Notes under the pieces: generated by a model
Told to the model about the DNA's origin: nothing
The model's database searches: none
What the model saw: the letters and a program-made list of their open reading frames with translations, nothing else
Source of the DNA: Chrysomallon squamiferum
Lineage: Eukaryota > Animalia > Mollusca
Direction: 5' to 3'
NCBI GenBank assembly: GCA_012295275.1
Contig: CM022673.1
Span: 2,232,001-2,296,000 of the forward strand
Length of the DNA: 64,000 bases
Made by a program: the position numbers and the translations under genes
In this document: positions 1 through 64,000 of the stretch, piece after piece
How the letters are laid out: each line of letters opens with the position of its first letter
Numbering within the stretch: the first letter of the stretch is position 1

Positions 1-267
1 ATCTTTAGGAGTACGAATATAGATAGCTGAAATAATACGTACACTACATCTTTAGGAGTACGAATATACATAGCTGAAATAATACGTACACTACATCTTT
101 AGGAGTACGAATATAGATAGCTGAAATAATACGTACACTACATCTTTAGGACTACGAATATACATAGCTGAAATAATACGTACACTACAGGTAAAACGTA
201 TCTTTAGGAGTACGAATGTAGATAGCTGAAATAATACGTACACTACATATTTAGGAGTACGACTATA
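1..267. repeat. 47-bp tandem repeat (atctttaggagtacgaatatagatagctgaaataatacgtacactac), ~5.5 copies, possibly truncated by the window edge
   Basis: Units start at 1, 48, 95, 142, 200 and 247, with an 11-bp insertion at 189-199. Confidence 0.95.
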
Positions 268-1050
268 AAGCCTAAATAGTTATTATAATGTTGTATATTT
301 CCAAAAGATTAATTTTGGTTTTTTCACACCAATCTTTATTAAAATAAAATAAGATAAAAAAAAAAAAAAAAAAAAATAATTATAACAAGTTCGTGAGAAT
401 GGAGTCAATATTTTTCCATTTACTTTGACATTATTTTACCTCTGACAATTAAATCCTTTCCCTTGCACCTTGAAAACCCCCAACAAAAACACGTAAAAAT
501 AATAATAATAAAAAAAAATTTCTAATATTGATAGACTTAAAATACGCTTAAAATAATTTTATCCATGCTGAGAACTTCAGTAATGCGTTCTCTGCAGGAT
601 ATGGACTGTCAAGTTTAAAAGGAAGAATTTATATTTTATCAATAATAACTTAATTCATTCATTCATATTGGGTTTTTTGCCCTTTTTTTTCCTGCTGCTG
701 CTGTATTGCTCTTTTTTATGTTTTTTTGTTTTGTTTTGTTTTGTTTCATTTTTATTTTCGTGTTCTAATCACTACTGAAAGACTGCACTTACGAATCAAT
801 ATTTTTTTTTAAGGAAAAACGATTTGTTGTATTAATCGATGAAACTATGACAATAAAACCAAAAAAATTTCAAAAATCAAAATTAAATAAACAACAGTCG
901 ACTGACAAATAATAATGATGTAACATTTTAATGGCTGCGCCTAAAAAAAAACAAATACAAAAACAAAAAAATAACAGTCTTGCCAGTTGATATTCTTTAA
1001 TGATTTTTATTTTCAGAAAATGGAATTTGAAATTATAACTTTTTACTCAC

Positions 1051-50972
<49,922 letters not shown>

Positions 50973-51036
50973 TTTTTTTCTTCTTTAATTTATAAAAAAA
51001 AAAATAAAATAAAATAAAATTTAAAACAAAATTAAA

Positions 51037-51085
<49 letters not shown>

Positions 51086-51362
51086 TATTTCAGGAGTGGT
51101 GTGAAACTATTCTACAAACAGTTCTGTAAACACTGCTACACATGCTTTTCCTGCCCGTGCAGCGTCTTGTCGTCTGCTGGAAAGACGTCGTCAGCAGAGC
51201 AGACGTGTGCTTTCTGCGACGAGGGACATCCTTCTGCTGTCTCTTACACGACTGTCCTGGTCACCATTCGAGCGATCGCTACCTCTTCGCCAGGCTGTTT
51301 GCTGATAACACTTGTGACAGTCTGACACAGCGGGGAGCATCAAAACCGATTTCGCGTCGAAC
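50973..51362 (-). promoter_or_regulatory. Putative 5' UTR portion of the first coding exon, bounded by a strong splice acceptor
   Basis: Minus strand reads tctactgactgtaatcttctgttcgtatctctccgcag|G at 51363/51362 (CTGAC branch point, pyrimidine tract, CAG|G). The region 51130-51360 is relatively GC/CpG-rich, with an (AAT)n tract near 51040-51083. Confidence 0.45.
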
Positions 51363-52069
51363 CTGCGGAGAGATACGAACAGAAGATTACAGTCAGTAGA
51401 TGTGAGACAATTGTTCGGAAGCGGTACTCCAGTGAGAACTGATACACCTCCGGTCAGGGGACAGTAGTCATTTTTTTAAAAACGAATTTGTCACTGATCT
51501 CCTAGCTATACAGCTGTACGTTGTTTCAGGTGATGATAACAAGGAAAAGCAATAGTCTTAGACCTTGTGTTATAAGACTGTAATCAATAGATTCTAAATG
51601 TGTTTAGTGCGCCATTGATTGGTGCTTAGCGTGTCCTGTGCTTTTGGACGTGTTTTTTTTTTCAAATCTGTCGTTATCTGTTGATAATATTTCGCTATGG
51701 TCCCATGCAGGGTTTATCTTATTATGTAATACGTAAGGACGTGGGCAAATAATCTGAAATCATTCGACGTATTGCTGTGTGTTTTTGTATGTACAGCAGT
51801 GTGCGTTGTGTTGCTTCTGATTACGTATCTATATCGATGCGGGTTTATTGATATTGTTGGTATTAAGGGAAGATATTATTATATATTAAGTGGTATTTCG
51901 TTCAAATAGAGAATGAGAAAAGATTATTTCATTATGTTTATACCTACCACCCTACCTACCTCTATATTTGTCTCTCTGTTTCTTTGTGTACCTGTATGTG
52001 TATGTGTTTGTTAATATGTCTGAACGTGTTACTCTCAGTTTTCTATTTCTCTATCTAGCTATACAGTAT

Positions 52070-52108
<39 letters not shown>

Positions 52109-54605
52109 AACACACACACACGTGTAAATAAATAAATAAATATATATATATATATAATGTAAACATATACACAACGTACAGATACATTACAACATGTTTA
52201 TCTATCAGCTTGTCTGCCTGTCTATCCATTTATCCATCCATCCATCCATCCATCTCTGTCTTTCTCTCTCTCCAGTTCTTTAATCTCCCTGAATCTTGGC
52301 CTATCTTTCTTTATGGATATATTGAAAAATGTAAAAGTAACTATTAACGTCGCCTTCTGTTTTATTGATCAAACAAACTGTCTCTGCTTATACATTTTGA
52401 GTTAGCTGAGAAAACAACTATAAAAATGTATGCTGTTTCTCTATCTTATAATTGCATCTCCTGCCGGCAAATTCAACTTTGGCAGAAATTAAACTGATTC
52501 GTTTGGGGAAGTTTTAAAGTTTATACAAAAAAATAATTCGTTGCATAAAATAATTTAATAACATCTTCTTTTTTTTTTTAAGAAAGCAAAAAAGAAATAT
52601 ATAATAATAATAATAATAAAACGATTGATTATGGATCAGTATATAATTAATTTTAAATGAAATCAGACGCTATCGCATAGTCTGAAACAGACTGATAGAC
52701 CCAAAAAATCTTCTTTTTTTTTTTTTTTTTTTGATTGTCCAACAGACAAAGTGAAAGGACATATAAATATTCACATGAGTGAGTAAGACACAGAGAAAGA
52801 GAAAATGAAAGAAAAATAAAGAAACAAACAGACAAAGAGATTGATAAATAAATAGGATAGGAAGATAAGAGGGTAGATAGGATATATTAAAAATAGACTG
52901 AGTGTATGTCTGTCTGTCTGTTTGTATGTATGTACGTAGGTTATGTATTAGGTAGGTAGGTAGATAGGTAGGTAGGTAGGTAGGTAGGTAGGTAGGTAGG
53001 TAATGTAGGTATGTGTATGTATAGAAAGAGGGTTACTATTCTGGGTATATACTCAGCGGATTCAGAAAAAAAAAAATTCAAAAATATATGAAGATACTTT
53101 TTACTGTTACCGGAAACTTTTGAGAGTCACCTCTGTTTCTAAGAGTGTTCTCGACTGCAAACTGTTGTTATCAAATAGATACATTAACTTGAACAAGTGG
53201 TATGGATTATAGCAGAACTTTTCTTACAGCAACTGCCGATTTTTCTCATTTCGATACCAACCCCTGAGAAACAAAGATGAGATTGTTCTCAGCAAATTGA
53301 TTTCTTATTTCCGTGTCTGATAAAGTGCGGTTTAACATTAGCTGCTCATACGCACGGAAATAAACTATTATTTCTTCGCCAATGACGAGAATTCTGTCGT
53401 GTGACTCGGTAGTTTATGGCGCACTGCAGAAAAGTCACCTAAGCAGTCATTGTTTCCTCACCACTGTCAAACCCTACTGAATGACGAAAAATAAATTCTG
53501 TCGAACAGCCAGCCCAGCTCATTCACGGTGCTTTACAAGTTTATTTCATTTTAAGTCCAGACAGGGTCGCGCCTCGCAACAACAGTCACCATGTGTACGG
53601 TCTTGTTTATATCCGGAAAAGACCGCGATGTTTAATTCATTACGAAGCAGACGAGTTGTTTCCCAGTCCACAGTTACGGAATAAGGTTTCAAATCGGAAA
53701 TGACCCAAATTGACAAACGTCCATAAATATCGCACGGAGCTGATAACAGGAGGAAATCTGCGCATGTTCTTTAGACAAACAACACATTTCTGTCACAGTT
53801 TTATATCACATATCATACGTTTAACCGCCCGTTACGTCAAAGGTCATAGGTCAAGAGAAGAAGAAGAAGATTTATATTGATTTGTGTGCAATCTTGACGT
53901 TGTCTGTGTACTAAATAACCAATCGCAAGTAATTGAGCGTTCTCGTTCAAAGACGACGCGGTCGTAATCCGTTCATCAGTGATTCTGTTCCGATCATGTT
54001 GACTGATAGCTCATACATATTCATTAGACATTGAGGTATTCTATACCGTTGATATTTCACTGGACAGGACATTTAATTTAGATACGACAAGTAATAGAGG
54101 ATGAGAAATGACAGGAACCGAGTTCTCGAGATGTCATCTTCTTTAGAAAAAGAAAGAACAAATAATGGTCTTTGCTAGAATGCAGATGTCATTTACATGA
54201 TTTAGAAAAGAAGGGGGAAAAAAACAGATGAAGGGAATTTGTGTTGAATTTCAAATCACGACAAGCCTGAGGCTCAGTAGTTAGAGCGCTTGCGTTCTTT
54301 GCAGCATGTTCTGTTCTCTTTAGTTCTAGCGTCGAGTCTTTTACTGTTTCAGCTATTAAATGACAATGAGCTTATCAAAGATCATAAAATGTGCTTTTGT
54401 TTTTGTTTATGGGAAGGTACAAATAAAAATATTTTTCTGCTAATCGCTAAGAGTTGCTCCCAGGGTGATTACCTCTTCCATGTATGTTTGGGAGTGTATA
54501 TTTGTATATACATATATATATATATGCATGTATATGTATGTATATAACTGTATTTGTATATATCTATGTATATAACTGTATTTGTATATATGTGTGTGTC
54601 TATAT

Positions 54606-54646
<41 letters not shown>

Positions 54647-54649
54647 TGT

Positions 54650-54753
<104 letters not shown>

Positions 54754-56000
54754 TTAATACGTTCGTAAATCTTGGTGTCCATACCACATATTACTCATAA
54801 TCTGAACTTACATAAAATAATTTCTTTCCATACACAATAAAATCAAAAAAAATAAAACACAAAAATGTGAAAATAATACTTTTTTTCTCTCCAGTTCTTT
54901 GTTCTGAATATAACCACGCTCCAAAACCGACGACTGCGGGGAAAGAAAGCTCGCACACTGCCTTGACCAGAAGAAAACTAACAGCTAAACAGACAGCTGC
55001 AGCAAATCACTCTAACCTGATACGTTACGTGGACAAACGGTATTAATGATAATCCTTTTTTTTCTTGTTAGCTGAAAAGTAATTAAGTGAAATAGCTCTG
55101 CGCTGACTGGTATCATTGATCGCTACGACAAACGTAGACCAGTAAAAAAAAAAAAAAAAAAACTTTCGTAGCAGCCATCTATCGTTTGATTGCATTGCTC
55201 GCTATCTCAGAGTTTCTGTGTGTTTTTTGGATGACTGGGTTAGAACTGTAATTCCGAAACCGATACTTACCTGCTGACCGAGGTTCAAACTCGTCCTTGA
55301 CCATCATGAAAATTTCCTTCTGTTTTAAAAAAAGGATAGAAGATCGATGATTTGTATAAGACATCTCGGTATAATATTGACTAAGAGGCAACCGTTTTTT
55401 GTTTTTTTTGTAATACGTATTATAAAATCATTCGGAGGCTTTGCTCTTTGAACGTGAAAGAATGAGGTATATAATTGTGAATGAGTAAAAATACTCAAAC
55501 AGAACAAATAATTATATTGCGAAATTATTTTATTTTTTTCATTTTTTTTTCATTTTTTTTTTAAGAAGTATCGCCTACGTATTTAATAACGATTATATAT
55601 TATTATTATTATTATTTTTTTTTTTTTTTTTAATATTTTGTTGTTTTGTTACTGTGTTTGTTTTTTGTTTTCATTTTCAATTTCCAGTGGAAAACAATCC
55701 TCTCAGAGGACTGTAATGACGCTTTTAGCTGTGATGCTGAAAAACTTAAAAGGTCAGTAATGAAGTGACGACGTCGTTGCGGATGGTAGGATGACAGATG
55801 CGGCGACGGTCACCACGCACACCACGCATGTTTCTCTGTGCTTGCTTTTACGTTGTTGTCCTGATGTTTGCTGTCATCTTTTTTTCATTGTTTTTGTTAG
55901 TTTAATAATGATTTGTTTTTTACTTCTTTTTTTTTTAATATTTATTTATTATTATTTGGTTTTTGTTGCTAATTTTTTTTTCAGTTATACATACATACAC

Positions 56001-56050
<50 letters not shown>

Positions 56051-56864
56051 GCACACACATACATACATAGATTTTTTAAAAAGTTGTTGTTTCTTTGTTT
56101 GCTTGTTTGTTTGTTTTGTTGGTTGGTTGGTTTGTTTGTTTTATGAATCTTAGTTTTCTTTACAATAAAACTCATTTTCGTTTGAAATATTAATAATGCT
56201 TCAGATTTTTAGGTGTTTGTAGGTTCTGTTAAAATCGAGGTACGCTCTTTCTCAGTCGCAGAAATAATAAATATTATTATTTTTATCTGAAAATATTTCT
56301 GATAGTTAGTAATTATTATTTTGTTGTTTTATTACTTTTTTATTATCATTTACATTATGATAACAAATATTGTCATCAGACACAGCACCATTATGTTAAA
56401 ATTGTCTCCATTAACCTACATTTTATTTAACATCACAGGGACCTCACAAATCGGACAGTTATTATTTTAATTACTATTTTTTTATAATTACGAAAAAATT
56501 AATAATAATAATACGCAAGAACAAAAAAAAAAAAAAACACGTCACAAGTATAACTAGATTTGCATTTTAACACAGACTGTAAGAACAAAAAAGTAGATTA
56601 GAACGGGAATTAGGTCTCTCTAATGGATTTTGTAAACTTCTCTATGACACACACGAGTCTCATAATATGTGTTTTTATTTCGGTTGTTGTTGTTTTTTCG
56701 GGGTTTTTTCTTCGAAAAGCTTACAGAGTCATAGCAAAAATTAATAAAAAATAATAATAATAATAACAATTAGTCTAATTTCGTTCCTTGAACACAAAAC
56801 CCGTTTAGAGATCAGAATGATAATTATGTGTTCGATTAACTACATCCAGGAGACTGCCGTGTGC

Positions 56865-57270
56865 AACTCGTGTGATATTTGTAGTTAAAAGTGGTGAGGC
56901 TGTTTAACGTTAGTTTTAAAGAGAAGTTATAATAACGTGACAGTCTGGGAACTCGTGTGATATTCGTAGTTAATAGCGGAGCGGCTGTTTAACGTTAGTT
57001 TTAAAGAGAAGTTATAATAACGTGACAGTCTGGTAACTCGTGTGATATTCGTAGTTAAAAGTGGTGAGGCTGTAGTTTTAAAACTCGTATTCGTAGGTTT
57101 AACGTTAGTTGAGGCTGTTTTAACGTTAGTTTTAAAAGTGGAGAGGCTGTTTTAAAGAGAAGTTATAATAACGTGACAGTCTGGGAACTCGTGTGATATT
57201 CATAGTTAACAGTGGTGAGGCTGTTTTAACGTTAGTTTTAAAGAGAAGTTATAATAACGTGACAGTCTGG
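56865..57270. repeat. 85-bp tandem repeat, ~4.5 copies with a scrambled third unit
   Basis: Units start at 56865, 56950, 57035 and 57186 (aactcgtgtgatattcgtagttaaaagtggtgaggctgtttaacgttagttttaaagagaagttataataacgtgacagtctggg). Confidence 0.95.
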
Positions 57271-57482
57271 ACAGATGGTATCCGCTGTACTGACTTCTCG
57301 TTGAACAAAACAGTGAAAAGCCAACGATGCGAGTCATTATAAATACTTAATTGTGTTCGCAGTTCTGTCAGAATCGTGAAATGGGTTACGTTGTACACAT
57401 TATTTTTACATGAACGCATCGTTTACACGCATTCGTAAACACATATTTGAGCATACATAAATAATCAGCGAGAGAGAGAGAG

Positions 57483-57561
<79 letters not shown>

Positions 57562-58267
57562 ATATTATAAATATTGAGAACGAGGGATTCCCAAATAATA
57601 CAGCACACAAATGCTGAGAACGTAAATAATAATGTACATTGTGAACACTCATTAATTATATAAATAAATAGATATTAATCGATTATTAATAAACAATGAC
57701 TGTATAACACTGACAGGAGCTTCTGTTGCATCAAGCTTTGATCTTTTTTTTTTCTTTTTTTTTTTTTTTTTTTTCTTTTTGAGACAGATACAATAAATCT
57801 GCACGAATCCGCCATTCTAACCATTTCATACATTAACCTGCAGACCGAGATACTTGACATATCTGTTTAGACCAGCGTGTCAAATCCTTCCCAGCAACAG
57901 CTGACAATAAATTTCAGATTACAACCGCACAGACCATTACTCCGTAGCGAAATGGTTCCAACCAATCTACTAAACGTTCGGGAGCTAAGAGGATCCAGAG
58001 GAGAGAAGAACCGTCTTGTCCAAATGCCACAGATGTGAACTGCGCCATTAACATGCTGTCTGCAAAACGAAACCGTTTCTGTCAGACAGTGGAATTCATT
58101 AACAGTCGGAAAGAAATTCTTCCAGGAAGACTAACAGCTAAACTGAACTGAAAAAGGTCTGATGAAGATACAGTAAAGGTATGAAGTAGTGAGAACACCT
58201 GAAGCAGAAGCTATGAACTATAGCTTTGATATACATAATGTGGATATCTATCTGTCTATCTATACAA

Positions 58268-58303
<36 letters not shown>

Positions 58304-61300
58304 CCTTTCATATGCTTATATATATATACACACACACATATTCATCAGTTCCAAAATTATTTACAAGGAATTACTACAACCGCAGAAAATTCAAATAATA
58401 TTCTAAATACTACTGAATAAAAATAATCAGAAATAAGGTTATTTTTGGATCACAACAACAGCGATATGCTAAGTAACTTTGATGATTTATTAACAAATGA
58501 ATACGTAACTGGCTCTGATAATGTTTCAGCACAAACTTAAAATTTTAAACTGTAATTTAAATCGACATCTTATGAAAAGAATTCTCCTTTTGCTCAAAAA
58601 AAAAAAAAAAAAAACTTCACACAGAATTCAGAAGGTTCTGGTTGCGGAGGATTGGCTAGTTCAGGCGCTTTCTGACTCGGGAGGGAATAAGCCCGTGGAT
58701 CGACAGAAAACAATCTTGTGACGTCTCTCACAGGTAGAGCGGGCGATCGTATAGTTGGTTTTTTAAAAGATGAAATATTTCTGTTGGTCGATGACACTTT
58801 ACATATTTTTTTTTTCAGCAGTGTTTTCGTCCGGCAAAAACTTTCATGTTGTATATGAAATGACGCTAAGATATATGACTTTTGTTTGGTCGAGGCTGTT
58901 TAGATGAGCTAACCCCGTGAGAGTAAAAATTAGTTCAAGAAAGATGTTAACGAAACTTTTATTGGGAGACACATAACAAGATGGCCGCTTTCCGATTGAG
59001 ATTAAATCTTCTCTTCTTTTTTTTTTTTCTTTTTTTCATAATACAAGGTAACATTCGTGCCATGTACACAAAGATTGGATTTCAGATTTTCCATTCCTGC
59101 AGTTTTTAACCAGAAAGGACTTAAAACAGAGAATGTATCAAGCGTTCAAAAGTCAAAAACAAATAAGTTAAAAACAGTCAGGCGGACCCCCCCCAAAAAA
59201 AAAAATTAAAGGCGTTTTGGAATACGTATGTCTGACAGCATTCAGCCTGCGTGAGCGTCCTGGCAAATGTTTAATTTAATTAGTTGACAGAGATGACACC
59301 GATGACACCGGTGTTAAGCACGGTGTCAGTAACACGGAAGCGATGTCTAAATGGTAAACAGGTTCACGAAGTACAAACAACAGACACACAAAAAAAGCTT
59401 GGTTAATACGATATGATGCTGTGCAGCGTGGGCTCAAGTTGTCACAAATTTCTCTTGTTAAATCGATAGCCCGAGAAGCTGTTCCGAAAGCAGGATTATA
59501 TTAGCTAATGGACTTGAAATGCTAGTTTCGAGAACGTTCTGTCGTGTTACTTTGGACCACTTATACATAAATTGTCCAACGTAACACTATATATATAGAT
59601 ATTTATCGTATTTAGATGTTGGTATCTGCATATGTCTTTGTTGAATAATTGTGTATTTTGGGGTACCTGCGTGTGCTTATTCTTTATTTTCGGGTGTCTT
59701 TACTTTGTTTTGTATATGTCTGTTTTCGTGCGTGTGCGTCTTAACGCATCTACGACTTTGGATCGTTACATCGGTAGTGTGTGTAAGCTTTCTTACTGAC
59801 TCAAAAGAAGTTAAAACACTTAAAGGTGAAACTGCATAATTAATTTTATTTATTTATTTATTTTTTTCCAGTTTTTGTTATTTTACTATATTTTGTATTT
59901 CTTTATCTTTTTTCTTTCTTGTTTTCCTTTCTTTTTTTTTATTGGCAAAACAAATCTAAGTAGGAGGCATATCAAAAATTGTCAGATCCACCAAATCTGA
60001 TTTCCTGAATTATTGTTTAGAAAAACCCCAAGAAAAAACAACCCAGTGTTGTTGTCAAATCAATCGTTTTCATTACAAAAAAATACTGCATGCACAAATA
60101 GCGATAAAATACAGCGTGTGTTCAAAAATAGATTTTACGACATTACCTGCCTGACGGAAACAGCAGCTTTCTGCACATTGCGTTTTAAAACCTCGCCAAT
60201 TAGAAGAAAATAAGACTGTGTATTTTATTAGCACAATTTAACACATCGATCGGCGTTCGGTGCTAAATTCTTCCTTTGTGGTCTTGCCTCCTTTTGTGGC
60301 CGTGTCTGGTATTTAACTGGCCTACAAGAATAATGGCGGAAATGGTGAAAATTACTTGTCTAAACGATGCAATTTGGAGAAAACGTTTAGGGAGGAAAGG
60401 ATTATTTCTCGTGCTAAATGTTAACCCGTTATCTTAAGTTGTTTGTGTATCCATTAAGCTGACAGATCGAACAAGATTTAAATACAAGAGATAAAAACTG
60501 ATTTTTTTTTTTTTTTTAAAGGAGCAAACAATGTAATTAATGAGAGAACGCTTATAATTTTACAAGATCTAAATGTCTAACGGGTAGTGAGATATATTAA
60601 ATATTATTTACCTTCAAGTATTCGGATTTAATTTTCCTATGTAAATACGGTTTATTCCCGAATCTGGCAGTGAGATTATAGCACATCTTAATTGGAGACG
60701 CCAGTTGTTCTATTTCTGGCAGTTTATTGCTCACACTTACTAATTGGTGCTCTGTCACCTTAATTGATGTACTTTTGTTAAACAGTATTTTGTCCACAAT
60801 TTGAAAGCAATTCAGTCACACTTTATACACGAAATGTCCCAGATTATCGCAAGCTGACGAGTAGGAAGCCATGTCCCGGGTACACGTGACGTACTGCAGT
60901 CCCAGCTGGAAGAGCTTGTGCTTGTCTTCTGGTAGTATTTCCTGTCTCCAAATTTTACTGAGATATAACATTAATTTCATGTCTCCAAACATTAAATTTC
61001 TTGCAATCTCTATTCCTGCTCACCTCTGCTCCTCACTGCTCATTAAAGTTAATCTCGTTAACCCTCTGTTCTTCACACATCTCGTTATCCCCATGCGTCT
61101 AAATTGGCCTTAATTGCTCACGCCAGTTTTCCCATTTCTGGAAGCGGATCACAACACCTCACCGCTTACCTAATCTGGAGACCGCTAGTTACGGGAACAT
61201 ACCGTTAATACACCCAAGTCATTATGGTGAGACATTTTATAAATATGGAATACTCATGCCAGTTTTTGAGAGTTTTTTTATTTTCATTTTTACGTGGATA

Positions 61301-61420
61301 TAAAAGCACAAATTGCAGTCTCTGATAAACTAGCAGAGGAAAGTTTCACTGCAACTAAATATTTGATCGGTTGAGCGAAAGAAGAAGTATCTGAAACATG
61401 GATTGGAAAGTGTGCACAGA

Positions 61421-61526
<106 letters not shown>

Positions 61527-62093
61527 GACAGATTTTAAGTTCTTTACAAAAACCACTGTTCCATTAACGACACCCTTTAATGTCAGTAAGATTTTTAAAT
61601 AGAACGTGGGCAAGGGTCGCCATTTCATTCCGAGAAGCCCGGTCTGCTTCTGTTAGAATGAAACGATTGACATACTGAATGAATCCTTATCCAAAAGTTT
61701 CATTTCTAACAGGACAAAATTTAATTACTTTACTTGGGCGTTAGACTTTTTTTTTATGTCCGGATCAGTGGGAAGAAATCAAGATGAGAGACGACAGATT
61801 CAAATCTCGCCAGACGAGAGAGACGCTCGCATCAAACTGACTCTGTAACTAATGTGTTTCTCTTGGGATAAATGTCTTTAAGATTTGTATGTGATGGGAA
61901 TTTGTCTTGGGGTTTGAAAACAATTTTTTTTTTTTTTTTTTTTGGTTTTGATTTTGTTATTTATGTTGCTGCTGTTGTTGTTTTTCACTGAGGTGATGTA
62001 GATGGTGATTTTTTTGTGGTGATTTCTCTGATATTTCGTTTTCCTTGTACTCCTGTGTGGTTAACGTCATGAAATAATGATGACTATCTTAAA

Positions 62094-62385
62094 GAAATGA
62101 CGAAAGTTACTACAACGAAATGACGAAACTTACTACAACGAAATGACGAAAGTTACTACAACGAAATGACGAAAGTTACTACAACGAAATGACGAAAACG
62201 AAACTTACTACAACGAAATGACGAAAGTTACTACAACGAAATGACGAAACTTACTACAACGAAATGACGAAACTTACTACAACGAAATGACGAAAGTTAC
62301 TACAACGAAATGACGAAACTTACTACAACGAAATGACGAAACTTACTACAATGAAATGACGAAAGTTTCTACAATGAAATGACGT
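62094..62385. repeat. 23-bp tandem repeat (gaaatgacgaaa(g/c)ttactacaac) x ~12, decaying to ~62530
   Basis: Direct reading. Confidence 0.97.
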
Positions 62386-63286
62386 ATGTTGAATAACACA
62401 CTGACGGATGTAGACATAATGAAATGACGGATGTTGGTATAATAAAATGATCGAGGTTGATGTAATGACATGCAGAAGATTGATATGATGCAGGTCGGAG
62501 ACTGATATAACGAGGTTCACATAACGAAATGGTGGTGAAAACAACACATCAAATACGTCCTCAACAATTGTCTTAATTATCTTGTTGTAAGTTAAACAGT
62601 CTACACGGCGCGGACGCATGAACAACACGAAAATTTACTGTGTGCGCCTTAATTGCTTATTTATTTTCATCTTTGTTTCTCGTTTATCCCCCAAAATCGA
62701 AAGTTGATATCCGCAAGGTAATGGCGTTTCCTCTTCTGCTTCTAACCAATTGTATTATGTATGAATCAGCTGGGAAATGACTATGCAGAATGTACTGAAA
62801 CAGAGATACGGTGAGGACAGTCAAGATACTCTGTGACTGAATTTTATTCGATGACCCTGCAATCTCTGAAATAAGCTTTTATCTCTTTGGAAACGGGGGT
62901 TTCGGGTGTTTTAAATGTGATCAGTAGGAAAGAGAAAAGTTTAAAGATCGTACATTTTTTTTTTTTTTTTTTTTTTGAATCTGAATTAGAACTGGTGTTG
63001 TTTTTGTAATGGTGAGTGTTTGACTGTTCAGTTTAGTACAGAGGTAATTTAATTGATCTACGAGTATGTGATGGCTCAAAAGACTGACAGTCTGAATGGT
63101 AATTAACCGGTTTGCTTTCATAGATAGATTTGTTTGTTCTACACCGAAAGACAAATAGAAAGCCAAGCTCACTGAACTATCTCTTTTATATTTTTCTCTT
63201 TATCACTTTCTTCAATCTGTCTGCCTAATCTCTCTATTTCTTTCTCTTTGCTTCTTCCTCTGTTTTTCTTTCTCTCTCTCTGTATA

Positions 63287-63330
<44 letters not shown>

Positions 63331-64000
63331 CATCGCTGTTAAACACTTTCCTTATTGTTTCATTCTTACTTCTCTGTCATTGCATTCACTGTTTTGTTTT
63401 CTATCTATTTTTCTACCTGTTTATCTCACTTCTTCTTCATATTTTTCTCTCCTGTTTTTCATTCTTTATTCGCAGTTTGTGTCTGCTGTAATTTTCTCTC
63501 TTACTTTTACCCATCTTTACTCTTCTCCGTTTTCCGGCTAACTCACGCTCTCCTCTCAGTGTTTCTTTATTGACTGTGTTTTGTCTAATTCTTCTCTTTT
63601 GTCTCTCTTTCACCGTCTGTGAATCTCTCTCTCTTACACACGACGTTAGACACGCACAGACACACACACGCACAGACACACACACACACACACACACACA
63701 CTCAAATACCCAACTGGTAATGGATAAGCGTCGAAAACCATTCTTTATTTCCGTTCTTATATTTAGTTGTTGGTCTTAATCAGCGGATACATTCCTTGAA
63801 TGTAATATTCATAAATATCTAATATTAACTTTTTTTTATTGTGGAAAATATTCAGTGTAACAAAGGAAGAAAATGGTAAATAACCAGGATAATATTCCGT
63901 ATTAAAATGTATCATTGTGCTTAAGTTGTTTTGCAGATTCAAGGTTTCTCGGAATCATCTTAACATTTATCCCGCTGAGAATGGCAGATTCTCTGACTGT

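Noticed and set aside
1-267. 47-bp (and 16-, 23-, 85-bp) repeats as CRISPR arrays
   Set aside because: Head-to-tail units with no unique spacers, no cas genes, and a eukaryotic intronic context.
268-1050. Expected next LRR exon (exon 10)
   Set aside because: No AG...GT-bounded LRR-coding segment found; it must lie beyond the left edge.
51101-51399. Plus-strand Cys-rich ORFs (74 and 85 aa)
   Set aside because: The 74-aa ORF starts at GTG, neither shows a recognisable domain, and both are better explained as the antisense of a GC-richer 5' UTR.
59303-59328. Small hairpin tgacacc-g-gtg-ttaag-cac-ggtgtca
   Set aside because: A short isolated stem arising partly from a 9-bp local duplication; insufficient evidence of function.

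Overview
AT-rich, microsatellite-dense eukaryotic (invertebrate animal-like) genomic DNA. There are no prokaryotic genes or CRISPR arrays, and nearly all ORF-track entries are simple-repeat artefacts. The one clear gene is on the minus strand: the 5' part of a type B leucine-rich-repeat GPCR (LGR4/5/6-like). I reconstructed nine coding exons by hand (50972-50743, 8776-8705, 8110-8039, 6790-6719, 6008-5865, 3772-3701, 3012-2941, 1948-1880, 1194-1051). All introns are GT-AG and phase 2. The exons encode about 315 aa: a signal peptide, an LRRNT cap and 10 LRRs. The gene continues past the left edge, so the 7TM domain is not in the window. A ~42 kb first coding intron holds minisatellites, a TA-flanked MITE, tRNA/SINE-like remnants, a small B-box + oligo-T array, and a CRE cluster followed by a 47-codon antisense ORF resembling a signal peptide. 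The most notable observation is that this invertebrate-looking receptor retains much of the vertebrate R-spondin-binding surface and the exon layout of LGR4/5/6.
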